Source of the DNA: a virus
Length of the DNA stretch: 64,000 nt
Strand: one strand, 5' to 3'
Virus record (IMG/VR): IMGVR_UViG_3300040816_000831
Under the pieces are notes generated by a model, which saw only the letters and a program-made list of their open reading frames with translations, had not been told where the DNA came from and did not search any database. A program made the translations under genes and the position numbers. Of the stretch, positions 35,206 to 44,956 are shown piece after piece; position 1 is the first letter of the stretch, and each line of letters begins with the position of its first letter.

Positions 35206-36119
35206 TACGCAAAGTCCTTTAAATTATCATCTAACCAGTCAGTAAATTCATCAGGGTCGTCTGTTTTTATTTCACCGTTATCGAATGCGTACATATACAA
35301 GGCTTCTTCTGCGTCTGCAGGAAGTTCAAGGCTGCCTTTTGATAAAGCTTTTTTAATTACTCTTCCATACTTTCTTTTTATCTGTATTTGCGACATTTTT
35401 TTCATGATACCTTCATCAATAGATTCTGAAAAATTAACGCTAAGTCTTTTTGAATGTTTCTTTAACAAATCTATGATTTTCATGTTTTTATTTTTTGGAT
35501 TTGCAAATTCATCTGCTAATAAATCGTCTGATAATATGTAAGTATCTAATACTTCATCAAACTTTTGACCTTCTTTAGAACCTACCTTTTTATTACCGTC
35601 CTTTTTTAACATTTTTACAAGTTGTTGTTTTGCCTTTGCCCTTTCCTTTGGGTCTCTATCTTTAATACCAATAGCCATTGTACCTTCATTAACAGATTCA
35701 TTAGCAAGTCTTAATGCAGCTTCAACTTCTGGGTGGTCGCCTAAACCTCTTCTCATTCTTTCGATTTTTTTATAGGCGCCAGTCATGTTGCCACTCATAT
35801 CTTTAGCTATTTTAACAGCTCTTTTTATTAGACTTGATGAGAATGAAGCTTCTTCTATATATGATTCACTTAAACCTATAGAAACTGCAATCTTAGCTGC
35901 CTTCTCTTGGTCTGCTTGTTTTGTGCCAGGTCTTAAGTCTACTATATAATATTTTCCAATTCCAGCTTTTACAATGTTTATTGGCATACCATCTACTTTC
36001 TTTTGAAAAGTTTTTGCAGCTTTCTGTGTATCAAATGCGTAATGAACTCGTTCATTAACTGATTCGTATCTTAAAGCTTTTGATAAGAATTGCTCTCTTA
36101 GTTGTTTAAAATTTTTCAT
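35205..36119 (-). CDS. Putative internal head polyprotein
   Basis: MKNFKQLRE; modules separated by ESVNE/ESYIEE/ESVNE/ESIDE. Confidence 0.6.
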   Translation of the reverse strand: MKNFKQLREQFLSKALRYESVNERVHYAFDTQKAAKTFQKKVDGMPINIVKAGIGKYYIVDLRPGTKQADQEKAAKIAVSIGLSESYIEEASFSSSLIKRAVKIAKDMSGNMTGAYKKIERMRRGLGDHPEVEAALRLANESVNEGTMAIGIKDRDPKERAKAKQQLVKMLKKDGNKKVGSKEGQKFDEVLDTYILSDDLLADEFANPKNKNMKIIDLLKKHSKRLSVNFSESIDEGIMKKMSQIQIKRKYGRVIKKALSKGSLELPADAEEALYMYAFDNGEIKTDDPDEFTDWLDDNLKDFA

Positions 36120-36355
36120 TTCATTTCCTTCTTTGCTTCGGCTGAACTTAAGCCGTATGTTCCTGTTAACCATTTCATTAAAGCTTTTGGCTCTCCTTCA
36201 ACAGTCATTTCCATTTTTGTTTTATTCCATTTAACTAAAAAGACTCCTTCTTCTTCCCAGTCAGGACTAAATTCTCTTGGGTCGCCGACATCAAAGTCAA
36301 GGGTAATCTTTTTAATACCTTCTTGTAGATTTCTAATTTCTTTAAATGTTTTCAT
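36116..36355 (-). CDS. Putative internal head protein
   Basis: MKTFKEIRNLQE. Confidence 0.6.
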   Translation of the reverse strand: MKTFKEIRNLQEGIKKITLDFDVGDPREFSPDWEEEGVFLVKWNKTKMEMTVEGEPKALMKWLTGTYGLSSAEAKKEMK

Positions 36356-36591
36356 TCTACTTTACCTTGGTCAACTTTATTTTGTAAAAAATCTTTAGCA
36401 GTATCTAAATAATCAGCAGCTTTTACTATTTTGTTAACCCACCATGATGGATATTCTGAGTCAGGTTTTACCTGAGCTAATAATTGTTCAGCATTTCTTT
36501 TTAAAGATGTTAATTGATTCTTCACATTAGCAGAATCAACGTGACCGTCTTCTTTTACTACTTGATTTCTATATGCTTCTTCTAAATTCAT
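36352..36591 (-). CDS. Hypothetical late protein
   Basis: EDGH.D and WW..KI..A.DYL motifs. Confidence 0.6.
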   Translation of the reverse strand: MNLEEAYRNQVVKEDGHVDSANVKNQLTSLKRNAEQLLAQVKPDSEYPSWWVNKIVKAADYLDTAKDFLQNKVDQGKVE

Positions 36592-37968
36592 TTATTTTCC
36601 TCTTACTTTTGCGGCTAAATCTTTATCGGCCTTTCCCCAAGTTCCACTTGATTTTGTTGTAAATGAATTAACTCTTGCTAATCCCCATTGAACTGCATTT
36701 GTTCCAGGTCTATGACCTGTCTTCCAAGCTGCAACTCCTCTTTGAAAAACTTTCTTTAAGATAGCTAATGGCATCCCTGACTTATCAGCTTTTTTCTTTA
36801 ATGCTGCGTCAGCGCCTTTCGCTTCTACTACGTAATCTTCGAACGTTAAATGGTCGGCCATTTCGCCAAACATTTGTTTAAACTTTTTAGTATGCTTAGA
36901 TGGTTTTGTTTTAGCTCTTGCATCTCCAGGAGCTGGCTTAGTTGATTTTTTATTAAAATGAGCTTTTCTTTTTGCTACTGTAGATTTAGATAAACCTGTA
37001 TGATATTTAGCTTGTGCAGTTATTGCACCTTCTTTATTTGCCTTTTGTAAAGCTTCTGCATCTTTAGAATGAGGAGCTAATGGGATATTACCACTAATTG
37101 GAGTATCTTTAAGATAACGAGCTGTCGTAGCATCTGTACCAAGTTCATTATATTCAGCTAATTCTATATCATCAATCCAATGTCTATTCTTACCAAGTTC
37201 TGATTCTACTATAACATAGTTTGTACCACAAACAATAATTTCACCGATTTTATTTTGGTTTTTAATATTAACAATATCGCCTTCTTGAAATAATTCACCG
37301 CCAACATATTCTTCTCTTCTTTGAGAAACTACTGGTAAATCGACATGCTGTCTAAAAGTATTTTCTAACTTTAAACCCATGCCTTTTCTTACAGCATTAA
37401 ATAATTCTTGTGGGTTGAACCCAGCTGGTAATCCTTTTGCAAAACCAGCTAGGTCATTTTGTTGAGCGGTCATTCGCATTTTCGATGCAGACATCCCGGT
37501 TGCTCCCTCAGCATCGGGGTCTCTTTCTCCTGCACTTACTACGTTAATAGCACCTTCGAAATTATAAAAGCCATGTTTAGCATCTTTACCGTTATATTTG
37601 TTTAATAATATATCAAACTCTCTTACACGGTCGCTACCAGCAACCATGCTAACTTTGGTAAACCCTTGGTCATACAATTTCACTGCAATATCCAGTACTG
37701 TACGAACATCTTTATCGGCCATTATATTACGAGCATGCTTTGGAAACATTTTACGTAAAAATTTTATTTTATCTTTAAATTGAAGAGGATTTTTCTTAGC
37801 ATCATTAGATTTAGATGCATATATTCTGTAATTACCACCACGTGATTGTTTTTTCAAAGCATCAAATAGTTTCTCATGACCAATCGTAGGCGGATTAAAT
37901 CGTCCAAAAACGAATGTTATTTCTTTTGTATTTTCAGTTAAATAATCACTGAATGATTTTATCGACAT
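36592..37968 (-). CDS. Cytidylyltransferase-like (HIGH superfamily) protein with basic C-terminal modules
   Basis: FGRFNPPTIGH, GSDR, SASKMR; MSIKSFSDYLTE start. Confidence 0.8.
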   Translation of the reverse strand: MSIKSFSDYLTENTKEITFVFGRFNPPTIGHEKLFDALKKQSRGGNYRIYASKSNDAKKNPLQFKDKIKFLRKMFPKHARNIMADKDVRTVLDIAVKLYDQGFTKVSMVAGSDRVREFDILLNKYNGKDAKHGFYNFEGAINVVSAGERDPDAEGATGMSASKMRMTAQQNDLAGFAKGLPAGFNPQELFNAVRKGMGLKLENTFRQHVDLPVVSQRREEYVGGELFQEGDIVNIKNQNKIGEIIVCGTNYVIVESELGKNRHWIDDIELAEYNELGTDATTARYLKDTPISGNIPLAPHSKDAEALQKANKEGAITAQAKYHTGLSKSTVAKRKAHFNKKSTKPAPGDARAKTKPSKHTKKFKQMFGEMADHLTFEDYVVEAKGADAALKKKADKSGMPLAILKKVFQRGVAAWKTGHRPGTNAVQWGLARVNSFTTKSSGTWGKADKDLAAKVRGK

Positions 37969-37986
37969 TTATACCCTTGGTTCCCA

Positions 37987-39228
37987 TTAGCCTGGATTAT
38001 CCCAGCCTTTTATAATATCTTTGCTGAAATTATTAGTAGAAAATTCTAATCTGTCTACTAATTTAACAGCACCACCTTCCATTCGATCAATAGCCACAAA
38101 GCCTTCAACGCCGGTGACTTTAAATCCGGATTTAGTTTTTACAAACGTACCCATATTATTGAGTTTGTTTAGTTTATTTATAATAATTAATTTGCTATCT
38201 GTCACGTAATTATGTAAATCAAATATTAATTTTAATTGGTCTAAGTTTTCTTTACTAAAAAACTCTAATAGCTCATTTCTTTTATCTATTTGTACTTGTT
38301 TACCTGCATCAGAAGTTCTTTTATCAATAGCTTTAGCATATCTATCATTAACAAACATTATTAAACCTTTGGCATGACGCGCAGTATTTGTAATTCTTTG
38401 ACCTTTTCTTACTTCTCTATTGTTATATACATTAATAATTAAGTTTAATTCTTTATTTTCTTCTATTTCTTTTAATGATTTAGAAGCAATCTTTTTAAAT
38501 ATCTTACCAGCTTCTGATAAATTTTTATTTAATTCTAATGTATCTTCACGAGTAAGAGTTGCTGTTCCTGATACATCTTTAAGCGTTGCGTCGTCCATCC
38601 AAACATCGCTAGTTCTTTTTAATTTACCAACTATATCTCTACCAAATTCAGCTTTCATTGTTTCAAATGATTTCCCACTATATGATGTATGCCATATAAT
38701 ACCAATCTTTGCTCTTTGTATCTCTTTTGCTAATTTCGTATTGAGAGGTACAGCATAGAGGATAGTATTAGGATGGAAAGTAATATGTCCAACTCCATTT
38801 ATATTCTCCTTTTTTAAATCGCTTTGGTCAAACATAAAATCGCCTTGTATCACATCTTTAATGCCAAGGTCTTTTAAATTATCAAAAGCCAGTTTTAATT
38901 TTTTACTTAAATCACCAGATGTATCAGCATCGATATCTGCATGGCTTTTATATACTTTTGGATTTGCGTTGAATATTCCTTTTTTAGCTACGAAAAATTG
39001 ACCATCATTTGGGTCTTCTCCACAGAATAAGGCGGGGGCTCCGTCCCACTTAACAGTAATGTCTATAGGTGCTTTAGCATTACCACTCAACATATCCCTA
39101 AGCGATCTTAGCGCTAGGATAGCTTGGCGAGCCCCCTTAACTCCACCGTCAAGAATTAAATCCTCAATATGTGTCATATGAGTATTTTTTCCTGCGGCCT
39201 CAGATAAGTATGTAGTTAATCGTTTCAT
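37987..39228 (-). CDS. Conserved T4-like protein with ligase-like KxDG motif
   Basis: KNTHMTHIED, TVKWDG, QGD, EGFV, KLVDR.EFS; MKRLTTYLSE start. Confidence 0.7.
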   Translation of the reverse strand: MKRLTTYLSEAAGKNTHMTHIEDLILDGGVKGARQAILALRSLRDMLSGNAKAPIDITVKWDGAPALFCGEDPNDGQFFVAKKGIFNANPKVYKSHADIDADTSGDLSKKLKLAFDNLKDLGIKDVIQGDFMFDQSDLKKENINGVGHITFHPNTILYAVPLNTKLAKEIQRAKIGIIWHTSYSGKSFETMKAEFGRDIVGKLKRTSDVWMDDATLKDVSGTATLTREDTLELNKNLSEAGKIFKKIASKSLKEIEENKELNLIINVYNNREVRKGQRITNTARHAKGLIMFVNDRYAKAIDKRTSDAGKQVQIDKRNELLEFFSKENLDQLKLIFDLHNYVTDSKLIIINKLNKLNNMGTFVKTKSGFKVTGVEGFVAIDRMEGGAVKLVDRLEFSTNNFSKDIIKGWDNPG

Positions 39229-40445
39229 AAGTATTCTTCGTAATCTTCTGGTTCTATACCAGCAAATGATACGCTTCCAGAAACAGCTTTCTTTTCTCCT
39301 TCTTTTACACCAAACACTAATATTGTTTTTCCAGTAGGTCCTTTAATATTTAAAGTAACTCTACCATTCGGGTCTTCTAATGTAATACCTTTTAAATCTA
39401 ACTCTGGGTGCTTAGCTATTATTTGACTTTTTTTATCTGTCGTAATTGCCATCAACATCTTAGTTTCTTTATCGTTAAAACCCATAATATCGAGAATTCT
39501 TTTACCAAATTCTTCTGTGCCTACTTGTGGATTTATAATATCATATACAATTGATGCTACTCTTGGGTTAATAGGTTTTCGTGCTTCTTTTCTTTCTGCT
39601 TCAATTTGTTTTTGGTCAAGCTGTTCTATTTGAGCATCTGTTAAACCTCTTAAAGATTTTAATCGATTTAATGCTTTTAAATCTCCTTTTAGATATTTTT
39701 TATGGTCTTGTTTAACTGCATTTAGTTTTTTTGCTTTATTAATAAGTTCTATTAGAATTTTATCATTCTTTGCTCTTTTAACAAAAGCATCTGCTGCAGA
39801 CTTTCCGCCTAGATGACCACATAAACCTTTTGCTGTTGTATTTGCTAAACCTACTGATTTTGATGAATATAGTTTTAATGAATAACCATCTAAAATTTCT
39901 TCGCCTTCTTTTATTACTGCAACTCTAATATCTGCTTTAAAATCAATACCATCTTGAAATGCTAGATTATCTAAATATCCACCTACAATAGTTCCTTTTT
40001 CGCTAACAGCGTTAGATATGAGATAGTTAGCCATGTCTGTGCTGCCTTTATTAATAATCTTAATATTTCCATTATAGTTTTTTGAATCAGCGTCTCTTAA
40101 TTGTTTATCCCATTTGCTAACTGTTGCATTAATATCTTTTCTAAACTTTTCGTATTTATCAGATATACTAACTCCAATACCTTTATAGTTATAAATGAAT
40201 TGCATAACTAAAGCTTCATTGTAGTTTCCTTTGATTGCTGCAACAGCTCCTTCTCTTAAGATTTTATTTTTACTCATAAAGTCTTCCTTAATTTGACCTG
40301 GTATTGTTATAATAACTTCATCAAACAGTTCAGCTTTTTTAACGTCTTTTTTAAATCCGCGCATTATAGCAGATTTTAAAGCGTTCCAAGTAGCTTTAAT
40401 TCTTCTTAGTAATTCTTCTTGTAGATAGGATTTAAAACGTTTCAT
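39225..40445 (-). CDS. Putative PD-(D/E)xK-like nuclease, capsid-targeting-like start
   Basis: G..NE...KADI...YSLK; MKRFKSYLQE. Confidence 0.5.
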   Translation of the reverse strand: MKRFKSYLQEELLRRIKATWNALKSAIMRGFKKDVKKAELFDEVIITIPGQIKEDFMSKNKILREGAVAAIKGNYNEALVMQFIYNYKGIGVSISDKYEKFRKDINATVSKWDKQLRDADSKNYNGNIKIINKGSTDMANYLISNAVSEKGTIVGGYLDNLAFQDGIDFKADIRVAVIKEGEEILDGYSLKLYSSKSVGLANTTAKGLCGHLGGKSAADAFVKRAKNDKILIELINKAKKLNAVKQDHKKYLKGDLKALNRLKSLRGLTDAQIEQLDQKQIEAERKEARKPINPRVASIVYDIINPQVGTEEFGKRILDIMGFNDKETKMLMAITTDKKSQIIAKHPELDLKGITLEDPNGRVTLNIKGPTGKTILVFGVKEGEKKAVSGSVSFAGIEPEDYEEYL

Positions 40446-40450
40446 AGAAC

Positions 40451-40458
40451 TATTTATA
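40451..40458 (-). promoter_or_regulatory. T4-type late promoter TATAAATA heading the internal-protein array
   Basis: Exact match 5 nt before ATG. Confidence 0.75.
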
Positions 40459-40463
40459 ATAGT

Positions 40464-40640
40464 TTATGTGTCAGTTTCAATATAGAATGGATTAGGTACT
40501 ATAGCACCATTTGTTCTTATGCTAATTATTTTTTCTTCGTGTAATTTTTTAACAGCCCTTTCAGCACCTTCACGAATTCCAAGCTGCCAAGATTGATATG
40601 CGCATAAAGATATACATATTCCTACTAAGAGATATTCCAT
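40464..40640 (-). CDS. Small protein with N-terminal TM (58 aa), not in ORF track
   Basis: MEYLLVGICISLCAYQSWQLGIREGAE...; TAATG coupling. Confidence 0.6.
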   Translation of the reverse strand: MEYLLVGICISLCAYQSWQLGIREGAERAVKKLHEEKIISIRTNGAIVPNPFYIETDT

Positions 40641-40771
40641 TAGATTCTTTCTAATGTTGCAATATAACCTTTTTTCAACATTCCTAAATAGAATTGAGTT
40701 GCACTTTTTAAACTATCAAATCTATAGTCTGCAATAATTTTTGATTTTTGTTTAGCTATTACTTTAAACAT
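40640..40771 (-). CDS. Small hypothetical early protein
   Basis: MFKVIAKQKS... Confidence 0.5.
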   Translation of the reverse strand: MFKVIAKQKSKIIADYRFDSLKSATQFYLGMLKKGYIATLERI

Positions 40772-40784
40772 TGGTTGGTCTCTG

Positions 40785-41108
40785 TTATCTTTGGTATACA
40801 TAAACATCCATTTTCTCCGCAAATTTAAGAGGTAATGACTGGTCAAAAGCTCTAGGATGTCTTCCTAAGGATTTTGCAATTTTAGTTCTAGGACCTCTTG
40901 CTTGACATTTAACATAGTATCTAGGAAGCTTTGTTGGTTGTGTGACAGAATAACCATTTTCAAATCTATATTTAGACCATTTTTCATTATCTTTTGCATG
41001 TTTATTAACTATACTTATAGACTTTCTAAGTGTTTGTAATTCAAGCATATCGCCCGCGCTTCCTGTATGTGCTGTCATGACATAACTTGTTGTTCTTGGA
41101 TTTTTCAT
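40785..41108 (-). CDS. Hypothetical early protein
   Basis: YVK.QARGPR...DVYVY. Confidence 0.6.
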   Translation of the reverse strand: MKNPRTTSYVMTAHTGSAGDMLELQTLRKSISIVNKHAKDNEKWSKYRFENGYSVTQPTKLPRYYVKCQARGPRTKIAKSLGRHPRAFDQSLPLKFAEKMDVYVYQR

Positions 41109-41109
41109 A

Positions 41110-41322
41110 TTAATGTATTGGCCTCCCGCCTAAAGTTTCTAAAAAGAATTGTCCTGGTATATTATGGCCAGTTCTTAATTTGACTGACTCACATAATTTA
41201 TCCCAAGATTCATTTAATGTTTTTGGATTTTTATCTTTAGCCCAAGCTAGTTCGACTAAATCCAATTCGATATCTACAGGTGTATTTGTAGCGATGTGTG
41301 TTAGTGATAATACGTTTTTCAT
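41110..41322 (-). CDS. Hypothetical early protein
   Basis: AGGAG SD, ATGA coupling. Confidence 0.6.
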   Translation of the reverse strand: MKNVLSLTHIATNTPVDIELDLVELAWAKDKNPKTLNESWDKLCESVKLRTGHNIPGQFFLETLGGRPIH

Positions 41323-41540
41323 ACTCTTACTCCTGTTTTAAGTTCTAGTACAGTTTTCATATGAAGGTCTTGACTTCTTTTCTCTACTAGCTGGTCAATC
41401 ACTTTATTTCTATCAGTGAAAGCCACTCTCATATCGAATGATTCACAAAGTCCTGGTCTCATGCCACCTTCCAATTCTCTTAGAATTGAACCTGTGCTCA
41501 TAGCTTGGACTTCTTTTTGTATTTTTTGTAATGATGTCAT
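41319..41540 (-). CDS. Hypothetical early protein
   Basis: First gene after promoter, GATAAGGAG SD. Confidence 0.65.
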   Translation of the reverse strand: MTSLQKIQKEVQAMSTGSILRELEGGMRPGLCESFDMRVAFTDRNKVIDQLVEKRSQDLHMKTVLELKTGVRV

Positions 41541-41575
41541 ATTTAACTCCTTATCTTATTTTTAAATATAGATAT

Positions 41576-41648
41576 ATTATAACATACTTTAAAGCAAATG
41601 TAAACGATTATTTTCACTTTTTTTGAAAATAATTGTGAGAAAGTGTTG
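41576..41648 (-). promoter_or_regulatory. Early promoter with conserved upstream element
   Basis: TTTACA-N17-TATAAT; AAATAATTGTGAGAAAGTGTTG identical to copy near 5373. Confidence 0.8.
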
Positions 41649-41653
41649 ATGTG

Positions 41654-41687
41654 AAAGAAAAGGTGGGGAGCTGTGATGGCTCCCCCA
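41654..41687 (-). terminator. Rho-independent terminator
   Basis: GGGGAGC-N7-GCTCCCC then ACCTTTTCTTT on minus strand. Confidence 0.8.
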
Positions 41688-41710
41688 TGATAATCATTAC
41701 TAAAGGAGTG

Positions 41711-41893
41711 TTATACTTCTTTTGCTATAAAAGTGTATACACCGTAAGCAAGGGCTACCCAAGCTACTAAGTCAACAAGTCCACCTAGTAATAGGTAGGA
41801 TAATGATAGGCCGACAATAAGTCCGCCGTCCCAAGATGTACGTTCTGCCCATCTTGCCATTAACCATGCTTTTGCTGTATTTAACATATTCAT
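41711..41893 (-). CDS. Small two-TM membrane protein
   Basis: R..ERTSWDG then hydrophobic helices; GGAG SD. Confidence 0.65.
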   Translation of the reverse strand: MNMLNTAKAWLMARWAERTSWDGGLIVGLSLSYLLLGGLVDLVAWVALAYGVYTFIAKEV

Positions 41894-41905
41894 ATAGTTC
41901 TCCGT

Positions 41906-43291
41906 CTATAGTTTGAAGTCAGCAAACGAGTCATTACTTTCTCGCTCACCAAACTTATTTATCGGCTTATCTGGCACCATTTCTGTCATAATGTCTGATT
42001 GAGCCGATTCCTCTACATCATATAGTTTCATGCGGGAACGGTCCACACCAATTACAAATCTCTTGTATTTGGTTGGGTCGTTATATCTATTCTTCAATTG
42101 TTTTACTAGCAATTGACCTAATTCTTCAAGTTCCTCTGTTGAAATAAGAGCAAACATTAAATCAGCCGTTGCTGGTAAACCAAACGATTCAGATGTATCC
42201 TCAAGACCGACGTCAGTATTACTGAAACCAGACCTCGTGGTCTGTGTTGCCGATACTATTGGAACATTGAATTCCACAGCCAAACCGCGAAGTTCTTCCG
42301 CAATGGCTTTAATATAAGTATAACTATTTATACTTCCGCCCATGCCACGCATGCGACTTGAGGCACAAATATTTAAATAGTCAATATATATCATATCAGG
42401 CTTAAATGTCTTTTTGAGTTTAAGCTCATTAAGTAAAGCTCTGAAATGACCAGTATGTGCAGAACCAGTAGGATATTCTTTTACTATAAGTTTACCTACA
42501 GATGATTTTGCAATTTTTCCAATCTTATCATCGAATACATTTTTAGGTAATGACCCAAGAGATTCGATTGGAAGGTTCATAAGATTCGCATCAATTCTTT
42601 CAGCGATTCTTTCTTCTGCCATTTCCATTGTTATGTACAATACATTCTTTCCTTGATTAAGTACTCCTGCTGCACAATGACACATGAATAATGACTTACC
42701 TACGCCTGTTCCGGCTAAGGCAATGTTAAGTGTCTTATTAGGTAGACCACCTTTTGTTATTTTATTAAAATAATCTAAATCAAACGGTATTCTATCTTCT
42801 TTACGATTATAAAAGTCAAACCTTTGTTCACTATCATCAATATAATCATGACCTATTTGTTCGTCAAACGAAACACCAAGAGCTTCAGATAGTATTTCAG
42901 GTATAGCACCTTCACTTCTTTCTTTATCTTTGCCATCAATGATTCCTATTGAATCCATAATAGCATTATAAACTGCTCTTTCTTTACACCACTTTTCTGC
43001 TTCAGCAATTAAGTAATCAGTATCGACATCAGATTTATCGATAATTTCTGTGATTAATCTTTGAGCATTATTTAATACATCTTCAGGTGCTTGAATTTTC
43101 TTTAACTCAAGTTCTAAGATTTTTGATGTTGGTAATTTATTATGTTTGCTTACAAATTGGACTATAAGGTCGAACACAGTTTTATGTGTACCTTCAAAAT
43201 ATTCATTCTTTAAATAAGGTACAACTCTTCTGCAGAATTCTTCGTTATGTAGAAGATGATTCAGTATGTGTGTTGGTAACTGATTCGTCAT
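41906..43291 (-). CDS. 41: Replicative helicase gp41 (DnaB-like)
   Basis: AGTGVGKS, YITMEMAEE, IDYLNI, SATQTTR, QLKNRY. Confidence 0.96.
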   Translation of the reverse strand: MTNQLPTHILNHLLHNEEFCRRVVPYLKNEYFEGTHKTVFDLIVQFVSKHNKLPTSKILELELKKIQAPEDVLNNAQRLITEIIDKSDVDTDYLIAEAEKWCKERAVYNAIMDSIGIIDGKDKERSEGAIPEILSEALGVSFDEQIGHDYIDDSEQRFDFYNRKEDRIPFDLDYFNKITKGGLPNKTLNIALAGTGVGKSLFMCHCAAGVLNQGKNVLYITMEMAEERIAERIDANLMNLPIESLGSLPKNVFDDKIGKIAKSSVGKLIVKEYPTGSAHTGHFRALLNELKLKKTFKPDMIYIDYLNICASSRMRGMGGSINSYTYIKAIAEELRGLAVEFNVPIVSATQTTRSGFSNTDVGLEDTSESFGLPATADLMFALISTEELEELGQLLVKQLKNRYNDPTKYKRFVIGVDRSRMKLYDVEESAQSDIMTEMVPDKPINKFGERESNDSFADFKL

Positions 43292-43607
43292 TTCCTATTC
43301 CTATTGTTGCTTGATTAGTTTCTTTAGCGTATTCTAAAGAATCTGTTATTATATATTGTAGTACTGAACCTAAGTAATTTTTAAACGATTCGTCTTTCTC
43401 AAGTTCATCTACACTAAAATCTGCTGGGTCTTGTACTGTAAAGTTAAAGCTTAATGTTGCTATATCTAAGTTAGGGTCTTCTTTGACTCCAACTTGTCCA
43501 TATACAACTATAACATTCTTCCAAGTACCAGTTTTAAGTTTTACTCCTTGAAACGCACTATTGTCGTTTTCTACAATTGAGTAGTCTTTTTCGCTTATGT
43601 TGTACAT
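43245..43607 (-). CDS. Hypothetical protein at the gp40 position
   Basis: Between uvsX and 41. Confidence 0.6.
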   Translation of the reverse strand: MYNISEKDYSIVENDNSAFQGVKLKTGTWKNVIVVYGQVGVKEDPNLDIATLSFNFTVQDPADFSVDELEKDESFKNYLGSVLQYIITDSLEYAKETNQATIGIGNDESVTNTHTESSST

Positions 43608-44659
43608 TATTCTTCAGTATCAATATCAAGGTCAATATCAATCATTGGTCTATGACCGACTGAATAATATGTTTTTACAAACTCTTTAAAGTTAGTATTT
43701 TCCAAGATTGGTTCCCAGAACTTTTTCTTAAGAGTATCTTTTTCTCTTACTTTTGGTTCTAGTATTTCTCCAGTTTCCATATCAACTGCGGCATACCAAC
43801 CAACATTTGGTTTAGTTACGTATCCACCAGCCATTGCAACATCGAGCAATCCACTATACTGTTCTATACCACCTTCCCACGTTACTGAGATTGGTACCTT
43901 TGATTTTTCTTTTACAAATCTAGATTTTTCTACATTGATTACAAAATGATACCCTTGTATTTCTGTACCTTTTTTATCTTGACGTCTTCCAATAATCCAT
44001 ATATTGTCTGATGAGTAATAGATACCTGTACCACCTGAAACAACTGCTTTAGGAAACAATCCAATTTCTTGATAAGTATGATTAACAGCAAGTAAAGGGA
44101 TATTCTTCATGGTTAGATAAGGAGTAATCATTCTGAATAATCCCTTTAATGCTTTAGCTCTTGACATGTCAGCGACTGACTTTTCATTGAGAGCATCTTC
44201 CAACTCTTTCTTAGAGGCTAAGTTTCCAATTGAATCAATAACAACAACAACTTTATCTCCTCTTTCGATATTTTCGAGTTGACCTACTAAATCGAACTTA
44301 AGTTGTTCGACATTTTGTACTGGAGTATGTAATACTTTTTCAGTATCAATACCAAATGATTCGAAATAAGATTGAGGTGACCCAAACTCTGAATCATAAA
44401 ATAACATTACTGCATCTTCATGCTGCTTTAAATAAGCTGCTCCCATAAGTAGAGCAAATGAAGTTTTGAAATGCTTTGAAGGACCGGCAAGAACTGTAAG
44501 TCCTGATGTAAGTCCTCCGTCAATATCACCTGATAATGCAACATTTACCATTGGCACCTCAGTGACAGTTATATCTTTTTCAGCAAATAAAACTGAATCA
44601 GATAGAATAGAAGTATCTTTGATTTTACTATTCTTTTTTAATTTATCCATTATAGACAT
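43607..44659 (-). CDS. uvsX: RecA-like recombinase UvsX
   Basis: AGPSKHFKT, FYDSEFG, IDSIGNLAS, SGGTG. Confidence 0.96.
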   Translation of the reverse strand: MSIMDKLKKNSKIKDTSILSDSVLFAEKDITVTEVPMVNVALSGDIDGGLTSGLTVLAGPSKHFKTSFALLMGAAYLKQHEDAVMLFYDSEFGSPQSYFESFGIDTEKVLHTPVQNVEQLKFDLVGQLENIERGDKVVVVIDSIGNLASKKELEDALNEKSVADMSRAKALKGLFRMITPYLTMKNIPLLAVNHTYQEIGLFPKAVVSGGTGIYYSSDNIWIIGRRQDKKGTEIQGYHFVINVEKSRFVKEKSKVPISVTWEGGIEQYSGLLDVAMAGGYVTKPNVGWYAAVDMETGEILEPKVREKDTLKKKFWEPILENTNFKEFVKTYYSVGHRPMIDIDLDIDTEE

Positions 44660-44660
44660 A

Positions 44661-44927
44661 TTATCTTCTCCTGGCTTTTGACGGCCTATTAAATGCATCT
44701 AGCATTCTTTGTTGTTTACGACTTCTAGAAACTGCTTCAGCTTTTTTTCTTTTCTTTTTAGCTGTAGGTTTTTCATAGAATTCTCTTTTGCGTACCTCTT
44801 GTACAATACCTGCGTTTTCACAGGCTTTTTTAAATCTTCTTAGACCAACATCAAAAGGCATTTCTTTTGATGGTCTTTTGTCTCTAGGATTTTTATTCTT
44901 CCTTGGACGTAAATCTATACTTGGCAT
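44661..44927 (-). CDS. rpsU: Ribosomal protein bS21
   Basis: [31 protein letters not shown]. Confidence 0.92.
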   Translation of the reverse strand: MPSIDLRPRKNKNPRDKRPSKEMPFDVGLRRFKKACENAGIVQEVRKREFYEKPTAKKKRKKAEAVSRSRKQQRMLDAFNRPSKARRR

Positions 44928-44956
44928 TGTTCTCCTTTATTTATTTTTATATATCT

